DNA of 64,000 bases, taken from contig CP060757.1 of NCBI GenBank assembly GCA_023205875.1, forward strand, positions 372,001 to 436,000. The letters are read 5' to 3'. Source of the DNA: Chloropicon primus (Eukaryota). A program made the translations under genes and the position numbers. This document shows, piece after piece, positions 28,489-40,138 of the stretch (the first letter of the stretch is position 1; each line of letters begins with the position of its first letter). Under the pieces are notes generated by a model. The model was not told where the DNA came from and made no database searches. It was given only the letters and a program-made list of their open reading frames with translations.

Positions 28489-31400
28489 GGGCGCAGGAGG
28501 CCTCTTTGCTGCGGGCTTCTTCGTCTTTCCCACGATGAACCCGGTGAGGGATTTTGCCATCTGCTTCAGGTCTTCCTCCTCGGCCTCGTTGCCGATCTTT
28601 CCCAGAACTTCCAAGAGCTTGGTCTTGTTTGCCTCAAAGCTCTTCTCTGAGGTCAGACCTTTCCCAACGCATCTTCTCAGCACCATCATGGCGTTGCTCC
28701 TTGTCATGTACTCTTCCTCGCCGAGTTTGTCGATCAGAGAGGGCCACAAGGACGCGAATTCCTCGGAAAACGCGGCAGACTTGCTGCTGCAGGCAGCTGA
28801 ACACGACAGGAAGATGCCAAGACGGAGGGCCTCAGCAGAGGTGAGGAACCCAATCAGCTTGCCTGCCTCCGACCTGATGAAGCTCCAGCACTTGAGCAGG
28901 GAGGTGCCATCATCGTCGCCCTCTTCTTTGCCCTTTTCCGTCATGGGCAACACCGTATTCAAGAAAGTGCCGCAGTACAGGGCATCGGCTTCGGACATTT
29001 TCATCCTGGGCAGAAGACAATGGTGAAAGAAGCTTGCGAGATCGAAATCCTCCAGGCCGCTCCACCTGGCCTTCACAGCCTCCTCAAGGCAGGTTTTGTT
29101 GTCGTTACAAGTCTTCTCACACAGAAACATTTCTGCCTTTGTTCCCATGATCATCTCCTTGAAGCGTGACTTCAAGTCCCGAAGGCCATCCCGCTGCTTT
29201 TGGCACCCCTCCAGCTCGTGAAGAATGTTGGCGTGGTCGAAAAGCTTCTTCTTCCACCTCTGCTCGTCCCTCTGGGTACCTCGCTTGCTGGAACTACGTG
29301 CCAATTCCCCCTCCAAGAAGAGCTTCTCCTCTTTCAAGCTGCCCATCTCCTTGTCCACCTTCGACATGCACTTGTCCAAGGTCTTGAGCTGGGCGTTGGT
29401 GTTATCTTGCATATCCATGTACCTTTGCTTTGGGTACAGGATGCCGCCAAGGGAGAGACTCCAGAAAGTTACGTAGAGATCCAAGTTGAGGTCCTCGGGC
29501 CTTCGAATCGAGTTGCCGATCTGTTCTACAAGAGCCTCCCACGACTTGACCATTCCCGTGGACCCACCCTCCCCGTCCATCTCCATCTTGTCCTCCTTGT
29601 TTTCCTCCTCATCCTCTGCTTCTCCTTCCTCTTTCAGCGCGTCTTTGTGCGACTCCAAGAAAAGATATTCCATGGCAGGCCTGTGGACGTGAAAGATGTA
29701 CTCGGGCTCAAGCTTGAAGAGGGAAAACATTTCGCTCATCTCTGGCAAAAGTGCTGCATACTTGGATATCTCCCCGAGGTTTCCCCGGTTGGATTGCTTC
29801 ACAGCCGTCTCCTGAAGAAATGCAGAGTACTGAAGGAAAGATGCCTGGCTTCTGTCGATGAGATTTCCCATGAGCTTCAACGGCGGGTTCAGCAGCGAAA
29901 ACATGAGCGCGTTGTGCTGCTGGGCCATCAGAACGAGCAGAGGAATTCCCAAGTCCTTTCCTTCTGACCCGCACGCCGTATCTTGCTTGGAGGCAACCAG
30001 GGATAGACCCTCCTTGAGGACCCTCGAGGCCCTTCGCATTTGAGGGGTCTGCTCTGTTTTTAGCCTGCCATTCACCTGGAGCTTCTCCCCGCCCGCAAGC
30101 ATTTCCACCTGGTTGTCACTGATGTCATCAACGTGCTCTATCCCGCTAAGTTGCGCGACGAGCTGCTTCATGACCACCAAATCAACAACCTGATTAATCT
30201 TCAGCTGGTTCACCACGTATTGGCATAGGGCCACCATCTCCATCTCTTGGTGGTAATTTCTGCAGAGGAGACCTACAAGGGCCGCCAGCGCCTCCACCCA
30301 GTCCGCCACGTTCACGCCGTCCTCCTTGAACTTCTCCTTGCGGCCCCCGTCCGCAAGCTTCGCTGTGATGATGTACGTCAGGACATCAAAGCCAAACGGC
30401 GTGAGATACCTCAACGCCTCCACAATCGGCGTCGCCATGTTCTCGCCGTAGGACTCGACTTGCTTCACGATAACTTCCAGGCAGGCCAAAGGGCAGGCAT
30501 GGCAGCACTTTGCCAACATTCGTGCAAGTTGCCTCTTCTTTTCCTTCTCCTCCTCCTTGGCCTTCATGGCCGTAACACCGCTGCCAGACTCAGCCCCTTG
30601 GCCACCCTGATCGCCACCGGCATTCAAAAGAATCTTATTGAGCTCTTTCATGCTAATGTTGTCCCCCTTGTCGTCAGAAGCGCTAACTGTCGTGGTCCTT
30701 CTCAGAATTCGCCGCACCTCTACGTGGGCAAGCTTGCTGGCTGCGCTCAGCAGCTCAGTCTTGTCGATCCTCTCCCTCCACTTGCCATACAGCAGGAACC
30801 TGGTGGTGTAGGGCAGGCAATTCAGGACATACCACACTTCCATTGCGACTGCTGGATTGGCCGGTGTGAGGCACAGGGCGGGCAGCACCGACACGTCCAT
30901 GATGTCCATCGCGTGCTTCTCCATCGCGTCGTACTTTGGAGTCCCCTTAAGGACCTCAAGGGACCCCCTGAGGTACCGGCACACCTTGGTGAGAACCTTG
31001 GCGTCTGTGCAAAGGTGCTGGCCCAGGTGGGACATCAAACTCTTCGCCTGGGCAGACATGAACATCTCTGAGACGTCCTTGACTTCGCTCAGCGCCCCAG
31101 CTTCCTGCACAGCATCCTTGGAGAAGGCGTGGTTCATCCCCCTTGGATACAAAACCTTCCATACCGGCTGCAGCAGGATGCTGATGGCGGAGCACAGGGA
31201 AGAGGCGATGGCCTTGTCGGTAGCAGCCACAACCCCAATGCCTTTCCAGTAGTCCAGGAGGTTAGTAGCAAGAGTCCAGTCCTGGGATTTGAGGGCCGCA
31301 ATGCAGAGTCTCAGCCTCTGGCCATGGAACGAGTACTGGTCGATCCTCTCTGAGACCACTTTGTCGTACATATTCCCCGCGTCAAGCTCCAATGCCCTGG

Positions 31401-32667
31401 CATTGAGCACGCTCACCTTGGCCTTCTTTTGCTTCGTGGCATCCTTCGAGTTCAAGCTAACCTTCCCAATGGCATCAACGTCCTCCTTCACCAGTTCCTG
31501 AGCTCTGCGATGGGCATCCTTCACGTTGGAGTCCACGGGGCTCAAGTGCCCGACAAGGTCTTGGAGGGACAGCAGGTTCCTCTTCATGAGGTTTCCTAGC
31601 AGGCGGTACAAAGCATGCGGGGCGTTTGTCTTTGAATAGATGAGCTCCAAGGTGCCGCCAGCGTCGTTCTGCACGCCCCCCATGGCCTCCGAGACGGCGA
31701 GGGCCATGGCAGCGTTAACTTTCTCCCCAGGAGGCAGGTCGACCTCGCCCTCCTCCTCCATTGTGGCGTCTATCTCTTCCATTTCCTGGTGGTACCCCTG
31801 AAATTTGAACCCCAGCACATGCACCAGGCTGCTCGTCTTAAACAGAGGGACCAGGGACCAAAGGCCCTCGCTGTCGGGGAAGGCCTCCAGCACACCCAGA
31901 ACGATGTCCAGAACCCGATTCGGGTCCAGGCTGAAGCGGCCGATCAGGCTCTGCAAGTGTTTTCGCAGCAAGTCCACCTTGTCGCCCTCGACAGGTGGTC
32001 CCGACCCGTTCTCCTTCGCTCTCTCCCGCGCCCCGTCAGCGAGCCCTTGCTTGCTGCCCCCACCCGTCGTCGTCGTCGACAGCCCGTACGTGTTGAGAGC
32101 CATGACGCACTTGGAGTACCCCTCACTCTCCTCGCCCAGGAGGTTGAACTTGTTCTGCTTGTAGAACAGCCTCGTGTTCACTTTCCTCTCCTTGCCCTGG
32201 AAAAGCTTCACGTCCTTCACGTACCCGCAGGCCGCCAGCAGATCCCTGTCCAGGTGGATCAGCAAGGCGTCCCGGGACACGACGCCGGCCTCCTCGGCCT
32301 TGTTCACAGCCCTCACGATCGCAGCCTCCGCGCTCTCGCGGCTCGTAGACTCCTCGTCCTCGTCGCCTTCCGGCATCCCCTGCGTCTTCATCCAAGCCAG
32401 GGAGAAGAGCTCCACCAGCGCCGCCTCGACGTCCAGGGACAGGCCCTCCTCCTCCTCCTCCTCCTCCCCTTCGTCCCTGGCGCAAGCCACGCTGAGCTGC
32501 AGCACGTTGATGTCATAATTCCCCCTCTCCCCTTCCCATATGTACCTGCGCGTTAGGTCCGCCAGCCACTCCAGCTCCTTCCCCTTCACCAGGCCGTTCC
32601 TCTCCACCCACTCCCTCGCCTCCCTCCTCCTCTCCCTCCTCTCCTCCCCTCCCCCCTCCGCGCTCAT
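27370..32667 (-). CDS. THOC2: THO complex subunit 2
   Basis: NTRLFYKQNKFNLLGEESEGYSK, SLIGRFSLDPNRVLDIVL, LGFKFQ, YLTPFGFDVLTY, LYVTFWSLSL, CLLPR...DALYC; RD-rich tail. Confidence 0.95.
27725..27932 (-). repeat. Coding minisatellite, 54 bp x ~4 (PAPRPAPARSRVGGGDQA)
   Basis: Units start at 27731, 27785, 27839 and 27893 on the + strand. Confidence 0.95.
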
Positions 32668-32693
32668 ACCTTCTCCCTCCCCTTCCCCTCGCC

Positions 32694-32855
32694 CCAAGCC
32701 GACGACCCGCGCACCGATCGATCGAAAGCCAAAGCCCAACTCCTCGTCCTCGTCCTCGTCCCAAGCCGACGACCCGCGCACCTCCTCCTCCTCCTCCTCG
32801 TCCTCGTCCTCGCCCAAGCGACGCCCCGCGCACCGATCGATCGAAAGCCAAAGCC
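32694..32855. repeat. Imperfect direct repeat (~43 bp, two copies plus a partial) upstream of THOC2
   Basis: ccgcgcaccgatcgatcgaaagccaaagcc occurs twice (~32707 and ~32826); a partial copy starts at 32761. Confidence 0.85.
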
Positions 32856-33229
32856 TTCCTCTCCTTGGTGTTTTGGCGCGCGACCTGATCGATCGCTGAT
32901 CATCGCTCTCCCTTCAACAAACGGAGGGAAGGCGGCTGAATCGATCGGGGGTACTAACCTAGGAAGGTAAGGTGGCGGAGGAGGAGGAGGGGTGGAGGAG
33001 GAGGGAGGAACGAAGGACGGTGGGCGGAAGACACCAAACTTCGCCAACGATGTGATTCCTTGTCTCCAGCACTTTCGAATGGACCCCGCACTTCCGTGTG
33101 GAGTATGGAAGGTGGACTGAACTTTGGTTTTGTTTTGTTTTACGTCGTGGCCATGGCAGCGAGAGACAGAGTGACGTGTGCGCGCTCGTGAGAGAGTGAG
33201 TGAGTGAGTGAGCCAGTGAGAGAGGGAGG

Positions 33230-35443
33230 ATGTCGAGCGGGTGGTGGGATGAGAGAGAGGGGAAGGCGGACGCGGCTGCGCTGGTCAAGGCGGGAAAGGA
33301 GAACGCGAAGAACCAGATTGCGACGTCTTCCTCGGCTGGTGGAAAGCAAAGGGGGAAGGGTTGGGGGAGCGCGAGCGTTCCCACTCAGCCTGCGGACCCC
33401 AATGTGAAGAAGCCTTACTACGAGAAGCGCATCAAGCTCTTTGAGAAGTACTTCGAGAGAACCGAGTTTGACGCGAAGCAGGCTGCGGAGGAGAACGTGC
33501 CCATCAAGATTACCTTGCCCGACGGGAACACGAGGGACGGTGTGCGTTACGTCACCACCCCGAAGGACGTGGCCTCCGGAATCAGCAAGCGCCTGGGGAA
33601 GGAAGCCGTCGTCGCCAAGGTGAACGGGGAGAACTGGGACATCTTCCGACCTCTCGAGGGAGACTGCAAGCTGCAGATCTTCACTTTTGACTCGCCGGAG
33701 GGCAAGTACACGTACTGGCACTCCACCGCCCACGTCTTGGGCGAGGCGCTGGAGCTGGAGTACGGCGCGGACTTGACGATCGGGCCCCCCATTGAAGAGG
33801 GCTTCTACTACGATTGCTTCATGGGCGACAAGACCTTGCACGACGAGGACAGGGAGAAGTTGACCAAGAGGATTGACGGGATTATCAAGGAGAAGCAGGT
33901 TTTCCAGAGGGCAGTCGTCACCAGGGAGGAGGCCCTTCACATGTTTCAGGAGAACCCCTTCAAGGTGGAGGTGATCGAGGGTCTGGCGGAGGGCAGCACC
34001 ATTACCCTGTACAGGAACGGACCCTTCTGCGATCTGTGCAGGGGACCCCACGTCCCTGACACCGGCCTGATCAAATCCTTCCAGGTGAACCAGATGTCGA
34101 GAGCTCACTGGAGAGGAGACGTGGAGAACGCCCCCTTGAACAGAGTGTACGGAGTGTCCTTCCCGGACAAGAAGCTCCTGAAGAAGTACATCCATAGGAT
34201 TGAGGAGGCCAAGAAGCGTGACCACCGCGTGATCGGCACGAAGCAGGATTTGTTCTTCTTCCACACGGTCTCCCCCGGATCGTGCTTCTTCCAGCCGTAC
34301 GGAACCAGGGTCTACAACAAGCTCCTGGACTTTGTGAAAGAGAAGTACTGGGCTTACGGTTATGACGAGGTCACGTCGCCGAATATTTTCCACTTTGACC
34401 TGTGGAACACCTCTGGGCACGCCGGGCACTACAAGCAGAACATGTTCCACTTTCACGTGGAGAAGGAGGAGTGGGGCATGAAGCCCATGAACTGCCCTGG
34501 CCATTGCGTGCTGTACTCGCACAGGAACCATTCCTTCAGAGAGCTGCCACTGAGGTATGCGGAGTTTGGCGTCCTCCACAGAAACGAGTACAGCGGTGCT
34601 CTCAGTGGCCTCACAAGGGTGAGGAGATTCGTTCAGGACGATGCTCACATCTTCTGCAGGAAGGACCAGATCGGCGGTGAGATCAAGGCGTATCTCAACA
34701 TGTTCAAGGAGATTTACGACACTCTTGGCTTGGATTATGACTTGGCCTTGTCCACGAGACCCGAGGGATTCTTGGGAGACATCAAGGACTGGGATGAAGC
34801 CGAGACTGCTCTCACAACTTGCCTGAACGACTGGAAGGCAAATGAGGGCAAGAGGTGGACGCTGAACCCGGAGGACGGTGCCTTCTACGGCCCAAAGATC
34901 GATATCACAGTTTACGACGCCCTCGGAAGGAGTTTCCAGTGCGCCACCGTTCAGCTGGACTTCCAGCTCCCCATCAGGTTTGGCCTCAAGTACATGAACT
35001 CCGAGGGAGAGAAGGAGCCGCCGGTTATTATCCACAGGGCCATCATGGGCTCCTTTGAGAGGATGATCGCAATCCTGACGGAGCACTTTGCAGGCAAGTG
35101 GCCCCTCTGGATGTCTCCAAAGCAGATCATGGTTGTGCCTATCAGCAGCGCGACCAACGACTACGCACTCCAGGTGAAGCAGAGCTTCCACCAGGCAAAG
35201 TTCTTCGTCGAGGCTGACGTTAGGGACTTGACAATGCAGAAGAAGGTTAGGGACGCCCAGCTCAATCAATTTAACTACATCCTGGTTGTAGGGGCGCAGG
35301 AGCAGGAGCATGGTACCGTCAACGTCAGAACGAGGAACAACAAGGTCTGCGGAGAGAAGTCGATCTCCGAAGTTCTTGAGCTCTTGAGCAAGGAGAGGGA
35401 AGAGAAGATGCTGGAAGGCATCATGGGACAGGCAAAGAAGTAA
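33230..35443 (+). CDS. TARS: Threonyl-tRNA synthetase, cytosolic type
   Basis: TGS domain, YWHSTAHVLG, DLCRGPHV, RDHRVIG, MKPMNCPGHC, GLTRVRRFVQDDAHIFC, AFYGPKID, IIHRAIMGSFERM. Confidence 0.98.
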   Translation: MSSGWWDEREGKADAAALVKAGKENAKNQIATSSSAGGKQRGKGWGSASVPTQPADPNVKKPYYEKRIKLFEKYFERTEFDAKQAAEENVPIKITLPDGNTRDGVRYVTTPKDVASGISKRLGKEAVVAKVNGENWDIFRPLEGDCKLQIFTFDSPEGKYTYWHSTAHVLGEALELEYGADLTIGPPIEEGFYYDCFMGDKTLHDEDREKLTKRIDGIIKEKQVFQRAVVTREEALHMFQENPFKVEVIEGLAEGSTITLYRNGPFCDLCRGPHVPDTGLIKSFQVNQMSRAHWRGDVENAPLNRVYGVSFPDKKLLKKYIHRIEEAKKRDHRVIGTKQDLFFFHTVSPGSCFFQPYGTRVYNKLLDFVKEKYWAYGYDEVTSPNIFHFDLWNTSGHAGHYKQNMFHFHVEKEEWGMKPMNCPGHCVLYSHRNHSFRELPLRYAEFGVLHRNEYSGALSGLTRVRRFVQDDAHIFCRKDQIGGEIKAYLNMFKEIYDTLGLDYDLALSTRPEGFLGDIKDWDEAETALTTCLNDWKANEGKRWTLNPEDGAFYGPKIDITVYDALGRSFQCATVQLDFQLPIRFGLKYMNSEGEKEPPVIIHRAIMGSFERMIAILTEHFAGKWPLWMSPKQIMVVPISSATNDYALQVKQSFHQAKFFVEADVRDLTMQKKVRDAQLNQFNYILVVGAQEQEHGTVNVRTRNNKVCGEKSISEVLELLSKEREEKMLEGIMGQAKK

Positions 35444-35605
35444 AAAGGAAGTCATTGATTTATCTATCGTTAGATTAGCGCATGAATTGATTGGTCTGAC
35501 CACACTCGCTCGCACACAAACGATTGCACACTCTCGTCGAGTCGACCTCTCGGCCCAACGTACAAAATTTGTTTGGTATTGCCCCGCTCCCCATATCCGT
35601 CCGCT

Positions 35606-36746
35606 CTACTCTTCGATCCATCGGTTGTTCCTGATGCCGAAGAGGGCCTTGAGGAAGATCCTGGAAAAGGCCATCGGGAGCGTCAAGTACTTGATGTAAC
35701 TGCTCGGGTCCCCGAGCTTGATCTTCTGGCCCAGGATGACAACAGAGTCGGAACGAAACACTATGGGTTCCGTCGTCGCGGCTTCTCCCGCCGCCCCAGT
35801 TTTCTCTCCCTCGCCGCCCTTCGCGTCCTCGACCACTCGCCTCACCCTCGGGACGAGGTAGCCCGCCACCTCGTCAGGCTGCTCCGCCAAAGCATTGATC
35901 ATGAACTTGGCTATCTTGGTGTCGCTCCCAGCCATCAGGAGCTCTGTAGTCACCATCCCGGGGGACAGCATGTGGAGCACCACGTTGTCTATGTTCAGCA
36001 TCTCAAGCTCAGCCTGCAGGCTCTTGTTCAGCTGGACAATGGCCCTCTTGGTGGCCCCGTACGCAGCGAACCGAGGAGTGGCACTGCCACTCGTCCCGGC
36101 CCCGTCCATGTTGAAGATGTGGCCCACCACCTCCTCATCGGACCCCCGCTTCTGACTCCTCATGAGATTGATCGCTTCCTTCATGCAAAACATCAAGCCC
36201 AGCGTATTCGTCTCCACCACCTCCTTCAAGTCCCCGGCGTCTGTCTCTACCAAGGGCTTGAACGAGTAGGCGTTCGTCCCAGCATTGTTGATCCAGATGT
36301 CCACTACCCCCAGATTGTCCGCAGCAAAGTCGCACAGCCTCTTCACGTCCTCCGCTTCGCTCACATCGCAACTCGTGCCAAACACTGGTAAACGAGGGGA
36401 ACGAACGAGACCCCGCCCGTGTGAGTACACCAATGCCCAGCGCAGAGAGAGAGAAAAAAAATCCAGAAGAGAAAGGGAGGAAGACTCACTCACCTCTCAC
36501 GCTCGGGTACTTGTCCCTCAGCCTCTCCACGGTTTCCTCAACCTTGTCTCTCTTCCTGGAACACACCACGACGTCATCCCCGCTTCTCAGGAACTCCTCC
36601 GCCAGTGCGAGTCCCACACCTTTGGTCGAGCCTGTCACCACCACGCCGTAGTTGCACCTGCACGTCCTCCTCCTCCCTGCCTCCCCCGATCCCCCAAACC
36701 TCCACTCCGACAACGACACCGGCCTCCTTCCTATCACCTTCGCCAT
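35606..36746 (-). CDS. NOL: Chlorophyll(ide) b reductase NOL-like SDR; exons 36746-36494, 36384-35606
   Basis: VVTGSTKGVGLALAEEFL, DIWINNAGTNAYSFKPL, GHIFNMDGAG, TPRFAAYGATKR, LSPGMVTTELLM; phase-1 GTGAGT...CAG intron. Confidence 0.88.
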
Positions 36747-36967
36747 CACTCACTTTGCCTCACTGCCTCTGCTGCTGGCGTTTCGTTTCGTTTTCAAACC
36801 ATAGGAGAGGGAGGCGGAGGTTGTGGTTGTGGTTGTGGAGTCTTGGCCAAAGTCTTGTTACCGGACGTGACGTACCATTGGTGACGGCGTCGCTTGAAGG
36901 GATTGCGTTGCGTTGCGTTTCTCCTTCATTCCTTCTTGCTTGCTTGGTTTGCGTTGGAGGAGAGGCG

Positions 36968-38485
36968 ATGGAGATGGAGATGGAGGTGGGAGGGGAGGCA
37001 GGGGAGGAGGAGGAGGAGAATACGTTCTCGATCCGGAGGACGAAGAGCGGGAGCCTCAAGGATACGCTCCTTTACCCCGTGAAGCAATCGGCGAGTGCGC
37101 ATGCACTGGATAAGCTCGTGCTGGACGAGGGGGAGGGGGAGTTGCCCTTGTTGGGCGACGATATCGACGCGGCTCTCAGGGACATACCACGGGCAGCAGA
37201 GTCGCCGGCGAAGGATGCGGCCAGTCAACGCCACCGATCGAAGCTTCAGCTGGTGGCTTGCACGGGTTTGGAGTGCGAGGTGATGGACCTGAGGCAGGGA
37301 AACATTTTTCTGCCCCCATTTGCGAAGACTAGCGTCAAGTTCGAGTGGCTCGAGAAGCCCAGGAACGTCCTGGTGGTGATCAAGCCGGGCGAGCAGTCGA
37401 CGGAGAACGCTCTGCTGGACGCGGCCCTGGTCCTGCAGCAGGAGGGCACCACGGTATTCGTGGAGGAGAATGTCAAGGAAATTATGGAGCAGAGGTTCGC
37501 GGCGAGCAAGGCAGGGGCGGGTTCCTCGTCGTCGCCGTCGCCCGCGGCGGGCCCCCGCGCTCCTGGTTTCGACGTCACGGAGTTCCGGGTTTGGGTCCCC
37601 GGGAGCGTCTGCATAGACTTCATCGTCACTTTGGGGGGAGACGGGACTGTGCTGTGGGTGAGCTCGCTCTTTCCCCGCGGCGTCCCCCCGGTCCTGTCCT
37701 TTGCCATGGGCACCATCGGCTTCCTCACCAACTTTCCCTTCTCCCAGCACCAGCAGTGCTTGAAGGAGGTGGTCAGGGGCAACCAGTTCTTATCCCTCAG
37801 GACGAGAATGAGATGCAAGCTGTATTCTTACAACAGGAACAAGCAACGGGGCACGGGGCACGGCAAGGAGCACACGGAGCACGACACCACCAGCGGGGCC
37901 TCGAATGGCTTGCAGCACAACACGGAGGAGCTGATCGGCACCTACGTCGTCCTCAACGAAATTTCGTTGAACAGGTCCCCTTCCTCGAACTTGGTGGACA
38001 TTGACCTGTTCTGCGACGGGGTGCCGGTGACCAAGGTGCAGGCTGATGGGGTTCTGGTGAGCACGCCAACTGGAAGCACTGCCTACTCGCTGGCCGCGGG
38101 GGGCAGCGTGGTGCACCCGGCGGTGAGTGCCATGCTCCTCACGCCCATCTGCCCCCACTCCCTCTCCTTCCGCCCCCTCCTGTTCCCGGACGCCGTGACC
38201 CTGCAGCTGCAAATTCCCCACCTCAGCCGGGAGAGGGGAACCTGCGTCGTTGCTTTTGATGGGAAGCACAAATTCGAGATGGGCCCAGGAGACTGCGTGA
38301 CCATCCAGATGTCACCGCACCCCCTCCCCTCAGTCGTCCACAAGACCGATACCGAGGACTGGTTCCAGTCTCTCAAGGGGGGCTTGCACTGGAACAGGCC
38401 CAACGAGGAGATGAGGAAGCCCTCCAGGTCTCATTCCAAGTCAGCGGACAAGCAAGTCTTTAAAAACACTTCCTCACACTTGTGA
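36968..38485 (+). CDS. NADK: NAD(+) kinase
   Basis: LGGDGTVLW, FAMGTIGFL, VLNEI, VQADGVLVSTPTGSTAYSLAAGGS, TPICPHSLSFRP. Confidence 0.95.
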   Translation: MEMEMEVGGEAGEEEEENTFSIRRTKSGSLKDTLLYPVKQSASAHALDKLVLDEGEGELPLLGDDIDAALRDIPRAAESPAKDAASQRHRSKLQLVACTGLECEVMDLRQGNIFLPPFAKTSVKFEWLEKPRNVLVVIKPGEQSTENALLDAALVLQQEGTTVFVEENVKEIMEQRFAASKAGAGSSSSPSPAAGPRAPGFDVTEFRVWVPGSVCIDFIVTLGGDGTVLWVSSLFPRGVPPVLSFAMGTIGFLTNFPFSQHQQCLKEVVRGNQFLSLRTRMRCKLYSYNRNKQRGTGHGKEHTEHDTTSGASNGLQHNTEELIGTYVVLNEISLNRSPSSNLVDIDLFCDGVPVTKVQADGVLVSTPTGSTAYSLAAGGSVVHPAVSAMLLTPICPHSLSFRPLLFPDAVTLQLQIPHLSRERGTCVVAFDGKHKFEMGPGDCVTIQMSPHPLPSVVHKTDTEDWFQSLKGGLHWNRPNEEMRKPSRSHSKSADKQVFKNTSSHL

Positions 38486-38557
38486 TTGTTGACGCGCATT
38501 ATCATTACCCCCAACCCTCGCATCGACCACCACCACTCTCATCCACTCTCATCCCCA

Positions 38558-38604
38558 CATAACACCTCCATGCCTTCCTCCCCCCCATTGCCCCCATTGC
38601 CCCC
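38558..38604 (+). repeat. Dispersed ~48 bp C/G-tract element, copy 1
   Basis: CATAACACCTCCATGCCTTCCTCCCCCCCATTGCCCCCATTGCCCCC is near-identical to the reverse complement of 53066-53114. Confidence 0.9.
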
Positions 38605-38685
38605 GAGGAGAGAAAGAGAGAGAGAGAGGGCAACGAGGGGCGAAAGTCCTTTTGTTGCGAACCTCTTGACCTGTTGCGGAGCGCA

Positions 38686-39817
38686 ATGGCGGACGGCGAG
38701 ACCTCGACGTCCGCTTTGGGCTCGGAGACTGGCGCGGCGAAAGTCCGGCGAGACTTGGCGGCGAACTTGCGCGGCACGGTGCACTCCGTCGCAAGCTTCG
38801 CATCGGGTTGTGTCTCCGGGGTAATGTCGGCCGTTATTCTCCAACCCACGGACGTTCTGAAAACGAAAATGCAGGTAAGTGCGGCAAACTCTCGCGAGCC
38901 TGTCGGACTGCTCGAGCCTCTCGTTGCGCGTCTCTCCTTCCGCGCACGGCTGTGCCCCCTTGCGCGTCGTTCCATTCGCCATTCGCATCAACATCCGGCT
39001 CCGAGTGTGTGTCTGACGTGTTGCTCTCTATGGTTTTGCGCAGGGCGACGTGCTGCAGACTGGCCAGGTGCGGTCGGTTCTCGCGGTGACGCAGTCGACG
39101 ATCAGGGAGGGCGGCGTCAAAAGCATGTGGGCCGGAACGAAGCCCGCGGTCGTTCGAGTTGGTTTAGGCATCGGGGTCTACATGTCCGTCATCGAGGTGC
39201 TTCGGAAGAAGTTCGGGGAGGTGAGGGAGGACGGGAGCGTGGCGATTAGTCCGATGGGGGCGCTGGCGACGGGGGCGGGCGCCAGAACCCTGGCAACGAT
39301 ACTGGAGGCCCCCATAACCGTGGTCAAGACGAGGGTGGAGTACTTTGGCGCCCAACCCAGGAAGAACTTCATGCAGTGCGTCGTGAAGCTTGCGAAGAAC
39401 GAGGGCATCGGTGGCATGTACCGGGGGGTACTCCCAACGATAGCCAGTTCCGTGCCGTTTTCGGCCATCTACTACAGCTTGTACACGAGTTTCCAGTCTA
39501 GATTGAAGGAGAACAGGCGTTTAGAAGGCAAGCCGCCTATGCTGAAGAACTTGATGGCCAGCTCCTGCGCCGCCTTGGTCGCCACGGTGGCCACCCAGCC
39601 CGCGGATATACTGAGGACTCAAGCCCAACTGAACTTCACGAACGCAAATGCTCTCAGAATGCTTTACTCGAGGTGCAAGGAGCTCGGCTTTGGGACACTT
39701 TTCATCGGAAGTGCCCCAAGGTTTGCGAAGAGAACCCTGCAAGCCGTCCTGGTTTGGACAGTCTACGAGGAACTCTTTAGCGGGCGGTTGCTTGGGAAGT
39801 TGAACTTATCGCGTTGA
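38686..39817 (+). CDS. SLC25A38: Mitochondrial carrier, SLC25A38/Hem25 glycine transporter-like; exons 38686-38874, 39044-39817
   Basis: Three Px[DE]xx[KR] repeats (QPTDVLKT, APITVVKTRVE, QPADILRT). GAGART, PITVVKTR.E and VWTVYEEL are characteristic of SLC25A38. Confidence 0.85.
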
Positions 39818-40138
39818 GCGGACGGACCTCGTGCAAGCAGGCTTCTTCTTTTCTTAAAAGAAAAAAAACTATATGTGTATGATGAAACGTTTTTCCTTTC
39901 GCCGTTGGTTTCAGGACGGTCAGAGGAGAGGATCCCCAAAGCGCAAGTACTCCAGGAGAGTGTTCAAGCGCGAGAGGAAGAGGCCGTGCGTGTGCGTGGT
40001 TCCAGCCAGACCCGCAACACCTTTGTTGTCCACAACCCCCGTCCTCCACATTGTCAAACCTTCCTTCCTCTACCAGGCAGGAAGGGCTCAAAATTGAAAC
40101 GACAGCCCGGACTCGAAGAGAGAGGGAGGGCGACGACG

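Noticed and set aside
33140..35515. 791 aa antisense ORF, and similar long shadows at 14432-16165, 19368-21110, 23454-25322, 42567-44081 and 60538-62382
   Set aside because: They mirror real genes on the opposite strand. High GC3 codon bias suppresses antisense stops, and the translations have no motifs.
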